From positions 197,509 to 261,508 of the forward strand of contig CAVPYN010000017.1 in NCBI GenBank assembly GCA_963709995.1: a stretch of DNA of 64,000 nucleotides, given 5' to 3'. The notes below the pieces were generated by a model that saw only the letters and a list, made by a program, of their open reading frames with translations, searched no databases and was not told the origin of the DNA. Source of the stretch: an uncultured Chloroflexia bacterium. GTDB lineage: Bacteria; Chloroflexota; Chloroflexia; Thermomicrobiales; CFX8. Of this stretch, positions 10,683-19,850 are shown piece after piece. Position numbers and translations under genes: made by a program. Every line of letters starts with the position of its first letter. The first letter of the stretch is position 1.

Positions 10683-11036
10683 TCAGATTCCCGTGCTCGC
10701 TGTCGAACTCGCGCGGGATTCCTCGCTTTGTTCCGGGAGCAGCGTGATGCCGGTCTGTCGCTGGCTCGAAGCATCTTCGTTCTCACCGCGAGCAATGAGA
10801 ACGAATGCTACAACGATGCCTACCAGCAGCCCGAGCAACAGCCCGCCCGCGAGTGAGAGCAGTGGGGAGTCCTGGCTTGCGGAACGCTTTGACCGTCCGG
10901 GAACCCGAATCTCCCGGAGACTGGGAACGTCGGGAAAGTCCGGCAGATCCGGAGGTTCCGGCAGGCGCTCACGCAGATCTCGAACGTGGCGTCTAACCCG
11001 TTCTCGACGCGAACGTCGCCGTCTTAGAAATGGCAC
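10683..11036 (-). CDS. hypothetical protein with an Arg-rich N-terminus and one TM helix
   Basis: This is the tail of ORF 10683..11165. I place the start at GTG 11036, preceded by AGGTGG with a 6-nt spacer and just after the stop of 11062..11604. A hydrophobic segment LLSLAGGLLLGLLVGIVVAFVLIA is present. Confidence 0.35.
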   Translation of the reverse strand: MPFLRRRRSRRERVRRHVRDLRERLPEPPDLPDFPDVPSLREIRVPGRSKRSASQDSPLLSLAGGLLLGLLVGIVVAFVLIARGENEDASSQRQTGITLLPEQSEESRASSTASTGI

Positions 11037-11061
11037 AACTTCCCACCTCTCTGTGCGAGGC

Positions 11062-11604
11062 CTATTTGCTCTTCTTCTTATCGCCGGTAGCGAACATCCG
11101 AGCGGTGGTTCGCCACTTCGCCACTGTGGACAGTGACGTGATGATCGGGTTGGCGACCCGCTCACTTACGAACTCAACCGTCCCACGGGCGCGCCGTACA
11201 ACGACCGTCGTCTCGCTCGACGTGTCTTTGACGGTGATCAGGATCTCCTCAAGCATCGGCAAGACGCGGTTCTTGACCTGGAAGGCAAGCCAGACCATCA
11301 CGAACGTGATCACTGTCACGAACACGAGGATCATCAGGACGAAGACACCCATAAGGATGATCGTCACATCTCGCAATCGCACCAGGGCTGCAGGCTCATA
11401 GACGCCCAACATGTACAGCCCGACGGGAATGCCGATGACAAAGAGAAGCCCGAGCAACGCAACCAGGATATAGATCAGCGTTTGGCCGAAGGTCCGCCCC
11501 TCGTCTGGCATCTCGGTCTCGAGATCCGGCTTCCCGTTCGCCACATCGACCTTCAGAGCAGTCACATCATCTGGCAGCTTATTAGATTTCGCGGTGTCGT
11601 CCAA
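11062..11604 (-). CDS. hypothetical membrane protein (tentatively DUF948-like)
   Basis: Two long hydrophobic helices are followed by an amphipathic C-terminal region. The family call is from memory only. Confidence 0.55.
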   Translation of the reverse strand: MDDTAKSNKLPDDVTALKVDVANGKPDLETEMPDEGRTFGQTLIYILVALLGLLFVIGIPVGLYMLGVYEPAALVRLRDVTIILMGVFVLMILVFVTVITFVMVWLAFQVKNRVLPMLEEILITVKDTSSETTVVVRRARGTVEFVSERVANPIITSLSTVAKWRTTARMFATGDKKKSK

Positions 11605-11670
11605 TCCGACCTTCCTCCCCCCGGCACTGGTCGGCTCGTCTATTCAAGAACTATTGTCGCACAAATCGAA

Positions 11671-11955
11671 TTAGCTGTTTGAGTCGGGCGTTGCCGAACC
11701 GGCCGCTGGAGATGAGAAGAACCAGGCAAGAGCAATACAACCTGCGGCGCCGAAAGTGGCCGCCAGAAGCGGCACGTCGCCCACGCGAACAAGATCTATA
11801 CTCCAGACAACACCAGCCACGAATCCTCCAACGTAACCAACGAAGGCTGCCGCCAGAAATAGCGGCCACTGCCAGATCCGTCGTCCAAGCAGCATATGGG
11901 CGACGCTACCGTAGAAGATGATGAGAACCAAACTCAGAACGGTGGCAGGCGACAT
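11671..11955 (-). CDS. small hydrophobic membrane protein
   Basis: Internal Met start (MSPATVLSLVLIIFYG...) chosen so the gene does not overlap mnmA. Three predicted TM segments. Confidence 0.5.
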   Translation of the reverse strand: MSPATVLSLVLIIFYGSVAHMLLGRRIWQWPLFLAAAFVGYVGGFVAGVVWSIDLVRVGDVPLLAATFGAAGCIALAWFFSSPAAGSATPDSNS

Positions 11956-11969
11956 CTCCTGAGGCCTGC

Positions 11970-13067
11970 TCAGACTTGCTGCAGATGCAAGCGAACAGAC
12001 GGCTCTCCACGCTCGATCGTGCCGCCTCCCAGCACCTCGCTGCCGCAATACAGCACAACCGCCTGGCCGGGGGCAACCGCGCGGGGAGGCTCGGCAAACC
12101 GCACTCGCATCCTTCCCGGCGACAAAGGTTCAACGGCCGCGGGATAGCGATTCCCCTGATATCGCACTCTGGCTTCAGCCTCGAACGGCTGCTCCGGCCA
12201 TATACCGGATGTCAACGACACATTCTCTGCCGTAAGCGATGTAAATGACAGTTCTCCCCGGGTGCCTACCACCAGTTGGTTGGATTCAGTCTCCAGCGAC
12301 AGGACATACAGCGGCTCGGAGTGGGCGATGCCCAGGCCCCGGCGCTGTCCGACGGTATAACCAATCAATCCCTGATGCTCCCCAACGACTTCGCCGCTGG
12401 TCAGGACAATCGGTCCAGCTTCGTCGAGACCACCCCGGCGGGCCTTGACGAACTCGGCGTATGCTCCCCTGCCGACGAAACATGTCTCTTGGCTGTCCGG
12501 CTTGCCCGCGACATCAAGCCCGTAAAGCGATGCGATCTCCCGCACCTCGGACTTCAATAGACCGCCAAGCGGGAACTTCAGGAATCCGAGTTGATCCTGG
12601 CTCATGGCATAGAGGACGTATGACTGATCCTTCGCGGCATCGACGGCCTCGTAAAGGCGATGCGTACCCTCCGCATCGCGGACGACCTGCGCGTAGTGCC
12701 CGGTTGCCAGGAATTCCGCGCCGATGCGCCTGGCCCGATCTATGAGGTGGCGGAACTTGACCTCCCGGTTGCATTCAAGACAAGGGTTCGGAGTCCGCCC
12801 ACGAGCATATTCGTCGACGAAGTAGGTAATAACCGTCTCGTTGAATTCTCGCTCCAGGTTGATCGGGTAGAAGGGAACGCCGATGCTCCGGGCGGTCATT
12901 CGCGCGTCTTCTAGGGATTCCGGGGCACAACAAGGGTTCGGGTACTCCTCACCGTCCGGCGGAGTGTAAAGCCGCATATTGATGCCAACGACCCGGTAGC
13001 CACGCTCACGCAGCACGAGCGCGGTGACGGCGGAATCGACGCCGCCACTCATCGCGACGACGATCAT
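11970..13067 (-). CDS. mnmA: tRNA-specific 2-thiouridylase MnmA
   Basis: PP-loop VVAMSGGVDSAV at the N-terminus and conserved CLECNREVKF and QSYVLY motifs. I chose ATG 13067 (GGAGAGG 5 nt upstream) over the longer ORF start at 13196, which has a poor RBS. Confidence 0.85.
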   Translation of the reverse strand: MIVVAMSGGVDSAVTALVLRERGYRVVGINMRLYTPPDGEEYPNPCCAPESLEDARMTARSIGVPFYPINLEREFNETVITYFVDEYARGRTPNPCLECNREVKFRHLIDRARRIGAEFLATGHYAQVVRDAEGTHRLYEAVDAAKDQSYVLYAMSQDQLGFLKFPLGGLLKSEVREIASLYGLDVAGKPDSQETCFVGRGAYAEFVKARRGGLDEAGPIVLTSGEVVGEHQGLIGYTVGQRRGLGIAHSEPLYVLSLETESNQLVVGTRGELSFTSLTAENVSLTSGIWPEQPFEAEARVRYQGNRYPAAVEPLSPGRMRVRFAEPPRAVAPGQAVVLYCGSEVLGGGTIERGEPSVRLHLQQV

Positions 13068-13285
13068 GCGACCCTCTCCGTCTCTCGGGCCGACATCGTA
13101 GTTCTCGAAGAGTAGGCGCGACGAGTCCCCTCCCAACAAGGGTATCGATACGGCAGCCTGAAGTGGCGCCCTGGGATCGTTGGTGGATGTGATCATGACG
13201 AACGTACAACCTCAGCGTGCTGCGGACGGGCAAGCGATCCAGAGCGACCATCATCGCCGCAGGATCACCGACAATTGTACCGGCG

Positions 13286-14626
13286 CTAGAGCGCTTCCGG
13301 CAGAACGGGCTCGCCGCGAGGCATGCGCTCCAGGAAACGAAAAGGGATCGGCACTTCGTGCAGGTATGCCGGATCGTATGCCCGTCGGGCGAGCGGGCCC
13401 TCATTCGCCGATTCGAACTGCTTCAGCATTGTCCGGAGATCCTCGATTTGACGGGGCGACGGTTCGTCGGTGAATCCCGCCATAATCAGCACAAACTCGC
13501 CATGCGCGAAATAGAGCACTTGCCCTTCGGAGAGGGACGTCTTATGGACGCGTGAACCGAAGACTTCTTCGCTAAGACTGTCAAAGGCGCTGAGCATGCC
13601 AGCGACAATGGCATCATCAAGTTGGAATTGACCGTAGGTGAAGATCGGCACTCCATCTGGCGTCACAATAGCAATTGACTCAACAAGCGTCTCCGAAGGC
13701 CTCCGCAGGCGCCCGTCATTTGAATCGAGATGGTGGGATCCTACATTCTGAACGCGCGTCTCAAGCCCTGATAACTGGCTTCGCAGCCGGGCCTCTTGCT
13801 CGTCAAGGTCCGCATTGACCTGATCGTAGCGGCGCTGGCTGACCTCGCCCAGCGCCAGCAATTGGTCGTGGTATTCGCGCTGGAGAGAAACCCGCTCAAG
13901 CTGCGTCTCGACGCCAGAGATCATCGTGCGGCGCTCCTGTTCAGTACGCAGCATTCGTGATGATTTCTGCAGCCGTTCGATCTGCCGCTCGCGTGCCCGT
14001 CGCGCGCGCTCTTTCTCCTCCTCGGGCGATTGACCGAGGTAGATCCGCCGGGGGATCGGGTCCGTCCAGTCCGCGTTCAGAAACGCATGTATATCAGCAG
14101 TGCGCCCGGCGATGGCAATCAGGAACCCGAACAGCACGGCGAGCACACTGAGAACGACCGGCGTCACCAACCACGGGGCGGCATCGCCGCGCCAGACATC
14201 GCCAATCGGGGCGCCTACCGTGACCATCGTAAAGAGATCGATCATCAAAGAGCGCAGCTTGCCGCTGGTTTCAATTCCATCCGGCTGCCGCCACCACCAA
14301 ACTGAAACGATCACGCCCGTCCAGATCACACGAACCAGGAAGAGGGTTAGCGCCACGCTGGCATGCCGCCGAATGAACCGCGCCCTGGGTCGGGTCAACA
14401 CGATGAAGACGGAGAAGAAGCTGATGTAGGCGAGACTCGCTAGGATGCGAACCGAAAGCGAGAGACCCGGATGTGAGGGCAGCATAGCGTCGCTATCCGG
14501 CCCCGGCGACTCCGGCTGGATGCCCGTGAACTCGTCTACCGGTTCAGGCGCCTGAACCGAATTCACGGCGCTGTTGACTTCCGTACGACGCTTCTGGAAT
14601 ATGGGTACACCACGCGGACAACCCAT
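13286..14626 (-). CDS. hypothetical multi-pass membrane protein with a central coiled coil and a C-terminal alpha/beta domain
   Basis: 446 aa. The N-terminal half has several hydrophobic helices. The middle is a charged heptad-like segment (EEEKERARRARERQIERLQKSSRMLRTEQERR...). The C-terminal ~120 aa look globular (IAIVTPDGVPIFTYG...VLYFAHGEFVLIMAGF). Confidence 0.6.
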   Translation of the reverse strand: MGCPRGVPIFQKRRTEVNSAVNSVQAPEPVDEFTGIQPESPGPDSDAMLPSHPGLSLSVRILASLAYISFFSVFIVLTRPRARFIRRHASVALTLFLVRVIWTGVIVSVWWWRQPDGIETSGKLRSLMIDLFTMVTVGAPIGDVWRGDAAPWLVTPVVLSVLAVLFGFLIAIAGRTADIHAFLNADWTDPIPRRIYLGQSPEEEKERARRARERQIERLQKSSRMLRTEQERRTMISGVETQLERVSLQREYHDQLLALGEVSQRRYDQVNADLDEQEARLRSQLSGLETRVQNVGSHHLDSNDGRLRRPSETLVESIAIVTPDGVPIFTYGQFQLDDAIVAGMLSAFDSLSEEVFGSRVHKTSLSEGQVLYFAHGEFVLIMAGFTDEPSPRQIEDLRTMLKQFESANEGPLARRAYDPAYLHEVPIPFRFLERMPRGEPVLPEAL

Positions 14627-15004
14627 CTACCTGGTGGATCGATCGAGTTTCAACACTCGTTATGAGTATAGGAACGTTCGCATCTTGGGTCATCACAAGC
14701 TAATCACCAGAAAGTCCCGAACATTTCTCGAAGCCGAATGGAACCGCTTAGTTCACCTTCTGCATGGGAATTCCGTACTGAGAATTCGCCGTTTCTATTG
14801 ACGCGCGGCGCCAGAGACCTAACACTGATATCCAGCAGTACTCCGCCCTCGTTCAATGCCGCGAAAACAGTTTCGTCAAGGAACGAGCGTCTCTGGGGAG
14901 CAGGCCGTGAGCGTGATTGCCAGCTGTCCATGTTTGAACTGGACCACGGCACGACGAATGTGTCGTTCCGGCTATCTTGATGCTCGCTTCCGTCAGGATG
15001 TCGG

Positions 15005-16300
15005 TTGATGCGCGGGTCAGCAAGCATCGTCACCCTGCTCGTTGCGATCTGCGGCATGCTGCTGGTGATCTCCTATACCGCATCAGACGCTTATCTGAAG
15101 TTCCGAGACCCCGAAACCGATCTCAATACATCACTGCTTCTCGGCACGCTCGCTCCTGACGGCTGGACCGCGTCACCCCAGTCACGCGCCAACTTCAACG
15201 AGCAGTTCCTGACGCCATGCCTGGCCGTGCCAATGCTCGAAGGAACGAGCATCGCTGGCAGGGGGGCGATGAGCTTCCGTCCTCGCGGGTCAGAGGCTGG
15301 CATCGAACTGCTGATGATCGAGACCACCGGTGAAGACGCGCGGGCGGTCATGGATTCGGCGCGTCGCGACACCGAGGCTAACTGCCAGCGAGGGCTCACC
15401 GTCGGCACCGTCACCGGGGCCGATGTCTCCACGCCATCTTCCATTGATGCGGACGAGGCATACGTTGTCGATCTCAGCCGGCAAGCCGGCAATGAAACGG
15501 TCGACTTCACCGAGGCCGTCATCCGCAACGGCGACTACATCGCCCGGCTCAGTTACCGGCACGAGCCCGGAGTCAAGCTGGATCAAGCCGATGTCGCCAG
15601 CCTTGCCGCCGGGTTAGTCGAGCGGACCAACACGCCGCCAACTGAGGCGGAGTTGCGCGCCGCCGGGGTGAACGTTGACGGAACCCTTGTCGATCGAACC
15701 GCAGAGCGGCTGCAGGCCGAGTCGACGCGAGCGCTGTCCTTCGACGACCGGGCTTCGCCAATTGTCGGCATGGCGATCGTTGGAGGGGTCGTTCTCGTTC
15801 TTTACCTCATCGGCATGAAGCTGAGCAAAACACGCGAAGCCGCGCCAGAACCTGTGACGGTCTCCGGGCCGGTGCTGGCGTGGAGCACTCCCGCAAAGGA
15901 GAGCACACCAACGCAGAACCGGCAGCGCTGGATCCAGCGTAGCGCGCACCGGAGCACTGACCAGCTGGACGACGACCCGGCAGACGACGAGGGATTGGAA
16001 CTGGAGCCGGCATCGACCGGGGAAGCTCAGCCATCCCCGACTCGGGACTTCCCGCAGCGTTCGATCGAGGAAAAGCTGAAGATCCTCAAGGAAGCGCGTC
16101 TGCACGAGCCTCGATCCGAGCCGATCACCCCGCTGCCGATCGTTCCATCGGTGGACTGGACTGAAGAGATTTCCCGCCATGAGCGCCGCCAGGCTACATC
16201 GCCGAGGATGACCGAATCAACGGATGCGCCGAACCGCCAGATCCTGCTGAAGAAGCTGCGTCCCGGCGCTCCCAACACCGCTCCTCCAGCGGCGAGCTAG
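15005..16300 (+). CDS. hypothetical membrane-anchored protein
   Basis: N-terminal hydrophobic anchor, a second TM helix (IVGMAIVGGVVLVLYLIGM) and a low-complexity C-terminal tail. No family recognised. Confidence 0.55.
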   Translation: MMRGSASIVTLLVAICGMLLVISYTASDAYLKFRDPETDLNTSLLLGTLAPDGWTASPQSRANFNEQFLTPCLAVPMLEGTSIAGRGAMSFRPRGSEAGIELLMIETTGEDARAVMDSARRDTEANCQRGLTVGTVTGADVSTPSSIDADEAYVVDLSRQAGNETVDFTEAVIRNGDYIARLSYRHEPGVKLDQADVASLAAGLVERTNTPPTEAELRAAGVNVDGTLVDRTAERLQAESTRALSFDDRASPIVGMAIVGGVVLVLYLIGMKLSKTREAAPEPVTVSGPVLAWSTPAKESTPTQNRQRWIQRSAHRSTDQLDDDPADDEGLELEPASTGEAQPSPTRDFPQRSIEEKLKILKEARLHEPRSEPITPLPIVPSVDWTEEISRHERRQATSPRMTESTDAPNRQILLKKLRPGAPNTAPPAAS

Positions 16301-16390
16301 AGCCGGAGCCTCATCACCCCCGTCCCTCTATTCCATCGTCATGCCCTGCGGGACGCGCAGAGCCCGGTATGGAAATCGATCCCGAACCGG

Positions 16391-16600
16391 CTACCCGGCG
16401 CGGGCCTCTTCATCGGAGACAAGGAGATCAGCCACGAGCCTTTCGAGCATGTCGTTTCCCTGCTCGACATCGCTAATCGTATGCCCGGTCGGGTCGGCAT
16501 AGCGCATCGGGTTGTTCGCCACATACGCATAACGTTTGTAGCCTTGCGCCCCGGCGCGTTCGGCTGCACCGTATCGGTGTCCCTCTTGTCCCGCAACGGG
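16391..16600 (-). pseudogene. orphan fragment matching the C-terminal end of an RHS/YD-repeat core
   Basis: Not in the ORF track. The frame 16600->16394 reads PVAGQEGHRYGAAERAGAQGYKRYAYVANNPMRYADPTGHTISDVEQGNDMLERLVADLLVSDEEARAG*. The YxYVxNNPxxxxDPxG motif is the hallmark end of RHS cores. A stop lies immediately upstream and there is no proper start. Confidence 0.4.
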
Positions 16601-16657
16601 CTAGACTGACCTCACACGCTTGGATCCGCAACGGCAGCAAGAAGGAGACGAACCCGC

Positions 16658-16858
16658 ATGGCAGATGAAAAGCTGGTTGACGCACTCGTAGCCCAGCTCA
16701 GGGCGAGTGTCGATCATCAGATCGAGGAGGAGCACATCGAACGCATCCGCAGGGGGATCGACGACAAACTCGATCAGGGGGCGACGCTTCGCAAGCATCC
16801 GGTTAGCAATGCCGACGAACCCTACACAATCTTCCGCGCCTACCGGGAAGGAGCCTGA
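16658..16858 (+). CDS. small GatC/AtzG-like amidase accessory protein (tentative)
   Basis: 66 aa ending 3 nt before the amidase start codon, with an acidic helical N-terminus and a ...ADEPYTIFRA C-terminus. Function is inferred from context. Confidence 0.6.
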   Translation: MADEKLVDALVAQLRASVDHQIEEEHIERIRRGIDDKLDQGATLRKHPVSNADEPYTIFRAYREGA

Positions 16859-16861
16859 GCA

Positions 16862-18253
16862 ATGGCAGCTTCCCACTACAAGACCGTGGCGGAATTGGGC
16901 GCGATGCTCCGGCGCGGCGAAACAACGCCGACCCGGCTTGCTCGCGAGGCCATTGGACGACTCGAACACGTCGGGCGACAGCTCAACGCGGTCGTCACGA
17001 TCACCGATGCGCGCGCGATGCGCGAGGCGGAGAACGCGGAGCGTGAGCTGAACGAAGGCATCGATCGCGGCCCGCTGCACGGCATCCCGTATGGCGCGAA
17101 AGATCTGCTGGCGGCTTCTGGTTATCCAACAAGCTGGGGCGCTGCACCATTCAAGGACCAGATGTTCGAGCAGGACGCAACCGTGGTTCGAAGGCTCCGC
17201 GATGCCGGAGCGATTCTGGTGGCGAAACTGGCGATGATCGAGCTCGCCGGTGGCGCTGGCTACGAACAACCAAACGCATCCTTTACCGGCCCGACGAAGG
17301 TACCCTGGAATCAGGAAGCCTGGAGCGGCGGATCGTCGAGTGGTTCGGGGTCCGCGCTCGCCGCAGGATGCGTGCCGTTCGCGATTGGCTCGGAAACCGC
17401 TGGTTCGATCCACTCGCCCGCCAACAATTGCGGCGTCACCGGCCTGCGACCGACCTACGGGCGGGTGAGCCGGTCGGGAGCGATGGCGCTCTCCTGGACG
17501 ATGGACAAGCTCGGTCCGATGGCGCGCACGGCACACGATTGCGGGCTGGTGCTGAACGCCATCGCTGGCTACGACCCCGCTGATCCATCGTCGCTAACCG
17601 ACAGCTATCGCTATCCGGGCAGCGCGGTTCCGTCTCGCCCGTACCGTTTTGCGGTCGTCGAGTCGGAGGTCGAAATTGCCCAGCCGGAGGTCGCCGAGAA
17701 TTTCCGGGCGTCCGTGGAGGTGTTGGGCCAGTTTGGATCGGTCGAGACCGTCGAATTTCCAGAGCATCCCTATTCCGAGGCGACCGCGCTGATCATCCGG
17801 GCCGAGATGGCTTCAGCGTTCGAGGAGATGATTCGCTCGGGCAAGATCAGGGAACTTACCGCGCCCGAGGATGGGATCAACCCGTACACCGCGCTGACGA
17901 TACCGGCGGTGGACTATCTGCGGGCGATGCGCCTGCGAGGCGCGATGTGCCGCGACATCGATACGCTGCTCGGCAAGTACGACGCGCTCCTCTCTCCAAC
18001 GATGCCCAACGTCGCCGCGCCAATCGAGGGACGCTTCGACGCGTACGATTCCAGCCGGAGACGTCGCACGTTCGGATCGGCGGTCAATATCACCGGCGTG
18101 CCCGGGATCGCGGTCATGAACGGGTTCGGCGAGCGCAACCTGCCGACATCGCTCTGCATCACGGGTCGCGTTGGAACGGAAAACACGCTGATTGCAATCG
18201 CCAACGCGTTCCAGCAGGAAACAGACTGGCACACGATGACGCCGAAGATCTAG
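16862..18253 (+). CDS. amidase signature (AS) family amidohydrolase (GatA/AtzE-like)
   Basis: GGSSSGSGSALAAG...GSETAGSIHSPANNCGVTGLRPTYGRVS is the classic AS signature carrying the Ser-cisSer-Lys triad. Confidence 0.9.
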   Translation: MAASHYKTVAELGAMLRRGETTPTRLAREAIGRLEHVGRQLNAVVTITDARAMREAENAERELNEGIDRGPLHGIPYGAKDLLAASGYPTSWGAAPFKDQMFEQDATVVRRLRDAGAILVAKLAMIELAGGAGYEQPNASFTGPTKVPWNQEAWSGGSSSGSGSALAAGCVPFAIGSETAGSIHSPANNCGVTGLRPTYGRVSRSGAMALSWTMDKLGPMARTAHDCGLVLNAIAGYDPADPSSLTDSYRYPGSAVPSRPYRFAVVESEVEIAQPEVAENFRASVEVLGQFGSVETVEFPEHPYSEATALIIRAEMASAFEEMIRSGKIRELTAPEDGINPYTALTIPAVDYLRAMRLRGAMCRDIDTLLGKYDALLSPTMPNVAAPIEGRFDAYDSSRRRRTFGSAVNITGVPGIAVMNGFGERNLPTSLCITGRVGTENTLIAIANAFQQETDWHTMTPKI

Positions 18254-18317
18254 CCAGTCTCGCGTCCATCGAGCCAATTCGAACCGAAGAAGGAAAGCTG
18301 TGACACATATTGACGTT

Positions 18318-18879
18318 ATGTGGCAGTCGCTGGCCTGGACCGGTATCGAGCACCTGCAGTTGTCCACGACCCGATCGGGTTATGCGGCTGATGGGCTGGT
18401 TCTCGCCTGTCAAGAGGAAAGACGCTTCAGATTCCACTACCAGATTGACGTCGACGACGATGGGGGGGGTCAGGCAGTTGCGGGTAACACCCCCCGCCTT
18501 CCAGGCTCCGGGCAACCCTCGCCAGCCGGCAGTGCTGCGCCGGGATGCATCTGGGCATTGGGAGCACCACGGTTTCGAGCAAACAACGGACCTTGAAGAC
18601 TGCATCGACATCGACCTCGCTGTTACTCCCTTTACCAACACGTTGCCGATCCGGCGCCTCAATCTCGATCCGGGCGAGTCACGTGAAATCGTCGTGGCCT
18701 ACATCGCGGCGCCAGCGCTGCGCGTCAATCGCAGCCGCCAGCGGTACACACGTCTGAAGCCGCTCGAAGACCTGAACCGCTATCGATATGAAGGGCTCGA
18801 CTCCGGCTTCCAGACTTTAATCACCGTGGACCACGACGGACTGGTGATCGACTATCCCGGCCTCTTCAAGCGAGTCTAG
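18318..18879 (+). pseudogene. putative glycolipid-binding-domain (PF06475-like) protein, frameshifted at a G8 run
   Basis: The N-terminal part is in the frame of ORF 18300..18596 (MWQSLAWTGIEHLQL...YQIDVDDDG). The C-terminal part is in the frame of ORF 18310..18879 (VRQLRVTPPAF...DLAVTPFTNTLPIRRL...). The frames switch at GGGGGGGG 18462-18469. Confidence 0.6.
18462..18469. repeat. G8 homopolymer coinciding with a frame switch
   Basis: tcgacgacgaTGGGGGGGGTcagg, read directly from the sequence. Confidence 0.9.
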
Positions 18880-19673
18880 GTGGAAGGAGGATCGGCCCCT
18901 GGGACAGTTCTGGACGCGGGATCGAACGGAGCAGCGAGACGTTCGATGAGTTCATAGACGCCATAGAACAGCGCGAGCGCAAAGGTCACGTGGATCAGCA
19001 ACGCGAACGCTATGCCGAAGATCGCCGCGGCAATCCGCAGCCGCCCCCAGAGCAGGGCCAGAGCCAGCGGGATCAGCACAGCGAACAGGCCTCCGAGCAG
19101 TACTTCCTGCCACCAGACGCGATCGCCCATCCAGGGCAACACGTTCCAGACGTCAAACAGATCGAGCGTCGCCATCGTTCCGAGGATCAGAATGATTCCC
19201 ACCGTTGCGACCCAAACCCCACGCCAACGCCGGACGGGCTTGAGATCGAGCCAGGCAGTCGCCATGATGACGGCGGTCCAGATCAGCCAGCGCCGAACCA
19301 GCGGTGTTCGCAGTTCCCGCATCGCATCGCGCAGAATACGATCCGCCTCTTCCCGTTCAATCTCCGGACCGTCGTGTTCAGGTTCTCCTCCATGATCGAC
19401 CACCAGACCATCGTGGAGGACGATTGCTGGCAAATGCTCACCTATGCTTGGAATGAGCCATCGAAAGTAGCGCGGAATCGACGCCAGATCCGTCTCCCAT
19501 TTCTTGAGATCCCCCGGTATGACAAATGGGTTGTCCGGATACTTCGGATCGATGTAGGCAAACTTCCGGAGCAGCTTGAAGTAGCCGGGACGGCTTGAGC
19601 GCAGATCGAGCTCCAGCTTCCCGCCGGTCGCATAATCGTAGAACTCCCCAGGGCGGTGCATTTTGGTTCCCAA
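18876..19673 (-). CDS. DUF1353-like domain protein with C-terminal TM helices
   Basis: DLASIPRYFRWLIP...LPAIVLHDGLV matches the DUF1353 core as I remember it. It is followed by about 4 hydrophobic helices. Confidence 0.65.
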   Translation of the reverse strand: MGTKMHRPGEFYDYATGGKLELDLRSSRPGYFKLLRKFAYIDPKYPDNPFVIPGDLKKWETDLASIPRYFRWLIPSIGEHLPAIVLHDGLVVDHGGEPEHDGPEIEREEADRILRDAMRELRTPLVRRWLIWTAVIMATAWLDLKPVRRWRGVWVATVGIILILGTMATLDLFDVWNVLPWMGDRVWWQEVLLGGLFAVLIPLALALLWGRLRIAAAIFGIAFALLIHVTFALALFYGVYELIERLAAPFDPASRTVPGADPPST

Positions 19674-19850
19674 TCTCGGGCGGCCTTGCCCGCTTGATGG
19701 ATTGTCGATTCCTTTCCATCCTACCGGTAGTTTCGATTCCGGCCATCCGTCAATCTACGGAGATCCCCCGGTCTCGCCAGATCTGCTGTTGCCGTTGACG
19801 CTTATACTGAGCTTGTCGGCGGGTTGGGCGTAACGAGGAGGATGCAGGAC

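Noticed and set aside
10678-11136. 152-aa plus-strand ORF overlapping 10683..11165 (-)
   Set aside because: It is Ser/Arg-rich with no TM segment or motif. The minus-strand frame has a TM helix, an RBS-supported GTG and fits operon spacing with 11062..11604.
13068-13196. 43-codon N-terminal extension of mnmA
   Set aside because: MnmA normally starts just before the PP-loop. ATG 13067 has a GGAGAGG SD, whereas the 13196 start has none.
16601-17536. 311-aa minus-strand ORF
   Set aside because: It is antisense to the amidase and the small accessory ORF. The Arg-rich sequence has no family features.
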